Source of the DNA: Planctomycetia bacterium
GTDB taxonomy: Bacteria > Planctomycetota > Planctomycetia > JALXBF01 > JBGPMX01
Direction: 5' to 3'
DNA: 64,000 nt
NCBI GenBank assembly: GCA_036758585.1
Contig: DAIOWH010000001.1
Location: 98,462 to 162,461 of the forward strand
Made by a program: the position numbers and the translations under genes. Numbering within the stretch: position 1 is the first letter of the stretch; each line of letters starts with the position of its first letter. Positions 63,243 through 64,000 of this stretch are shown here, piece by piece. The notes beneath the pieces were generated by a model. That model saw nothing but the letters and a program-made list of their open reading frames with translations. It was not told where the DNA came from and made no database searches.

Positions 63243-64000
63243 CTAGACCACTTCCGGCACCACGTACGGCTTGCGATACTCGCGGGTTAGTAGCGCGTCG
63301 GCGTCCTTGTCGCCGACGAACTTCTCGGACTTCGGGTCGAAGTGCAGTTTGCGGCCGAGGCGGTACGAGACGTTGGCGAGGTGGCAGAGCGCCGACGACA
63401 GATGGCCCTCCTCCACCGGCGCGTTCAGCGTGGCTGCGTCGCGCGACTTCACGGCCTCGACGAAGTTCAAGAAGTGATCCATGCCGCGAGCTTCCTTGGT
63501 CGGACCGCTCGGGCCGGGCTTGCCGGCCTGGCCCATGAAGGTCTGCCACTTGCCCCGGTTCACGACCATGTAGCCCTCTGAGCCGTAGAAGATGTTGCCA
63601 ACTAAAACCTCGCGTTCGTCGTTCGTGGGCAGGCCGCGAACCTCGAATTGCAACACGCCCTCGTCGTATTCAAAGATCGCGTGCTGTGTGTTGGGCGTTT
63701 CGCCGTCGTCGACGTAGCCAAACCGGCCGCCGTCGCTGAACACGGCCTTGGGCAGACCGACGCCCAGCCCCCAGCGCGCGATGTCCATCTCGTGGACGCC
63801 CTGGTTGCCGATGTCGCCGTTGCCGAAATCCCACTGCCAGTGCCAGTCGTAATGGAACCGCTTGCGGCGGATCGGCTTCATCGGCGCCGGACCGCACCAC
63901 AGGTCGTAGTCGACGCCCGCCGGCACAGGGGTCGGCTCGCTGACCTTGCCGATCGACGGGCGCCACTTGAAGCAGTGCCCTTTGGCCATGTACACCTTGC
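63243..64000 (-). CDS. Gfo/Idh/MocA-family oxidoreductase, C-terminal domain (gene continues past the window end)
   Basis: HYDWHWQWDFGNGDIGNQGVHEMDIARW and following alpha/beta region typical of the family's C-terminal domain. The frame is open to the last base of the window, so the N-terminal Rossmann domain is outside it. Confidence 0.6.
   Translation of the reverse strand, partial: KVYMAKGHCFKWRPSIGKVSEPTPVPAGVDYDLWCGPAPMKPIRRKRFHYDWHWQWDFGNGDIGNQGVHEMDIARWGLGVGLPKAVFSDGGRFGYVDDGETPNTQHAIFEYDEGVLQFEVRGLPTNDEREVLVGNIFYGSEGYMVVNRGKWQTFMGQAGKPGPSGPTKEARGMDHFLNFVEAVKSRDAATLNAPVEEGHLSSALCHLANVSYRLGRKLHFDPKSEKFVGDKDADALLTREYRKPYVVPEVV

Noticed and set aside
1-64000. Transposase, integrase or IS element adjacent to the repeats or the low-GC segment
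   Set aside because: No ORF with DDE, HUH, tyrosine or serine recombinase signatures was recognised on either strand. The palindromic and IR elements appear non-autonomous.

Overview
A 64-kb, high-GC (about 65-70% in the large genes) window that looks like Planctomycetota (PVC superphylum) chromosome. The main evidence is a ThuA-like / beta-propeller dehydrogenase / HEAT / CxxCH cytochrome c fusion protein and a run of giant extracellular-type genes. Positions 2273-40011 hold four co-directional giant genes (5934, about 3624, about 1473 and about 1087 aa). All four start with a K/R-rich segment followed by a shared (L/I/V)ERLExRxLL motif and have no classical hydrophobic signal peptide. Their bodies are mosaics of Ig-like, Ca-binding DxNxNG, FG-GAP-like, BNR/sialidase-like, right-handed beta-helix, MopE-like Cys/Asp, metzincin (HExxHxxGxxH) and subtilisin S8 modules. 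The last two share a C-terminal 7-fold Trp-containing propeller-like repeat domain. Downstream, on the minus strand, lie a signal-peptide VWA-TPR-coiled-coil-STN/secretin-N-like protein and a hypothetical partner. Next is a membrane sensor-HAMP-PP2C phosphatase split by a frameshift. Then come tRNA-Arg(TCT), a GH2 glycosidase, the PVC cytochrome/dehydrogenase giant, a tRNA-dihydrouridine synthase, a small-ORF plus nucleotidyltransferase-fold pair with an ATGA start/stop overlap, and a Gfo/Idh/MocA oxidoreductase. The last segment is lower in GC and carries a fragmented SdrD-B/HYR/VWA surface-protein gene, a frameshifted GT1-type glycosyltransferase, two sulfotransferases (one with paired compensating frameshifts at homopolymers) and a truncated oxidoreductase. 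Three copies of a conserved 23-24-bp-stem palindromic intergenic element are present at about 31.9, 44.4 and 57.9 kb. The PVC dehydrogenase gene contains an in-frame, low-GC insertion flanked by a near-perfect 39-bp inverted repeat plus a heptamer tandem repeat. No CRISPR array, rRNA gene or transposase gene was recognised. Many long antisense ORFs in the six-frame track are treated as high-GC artefacts.
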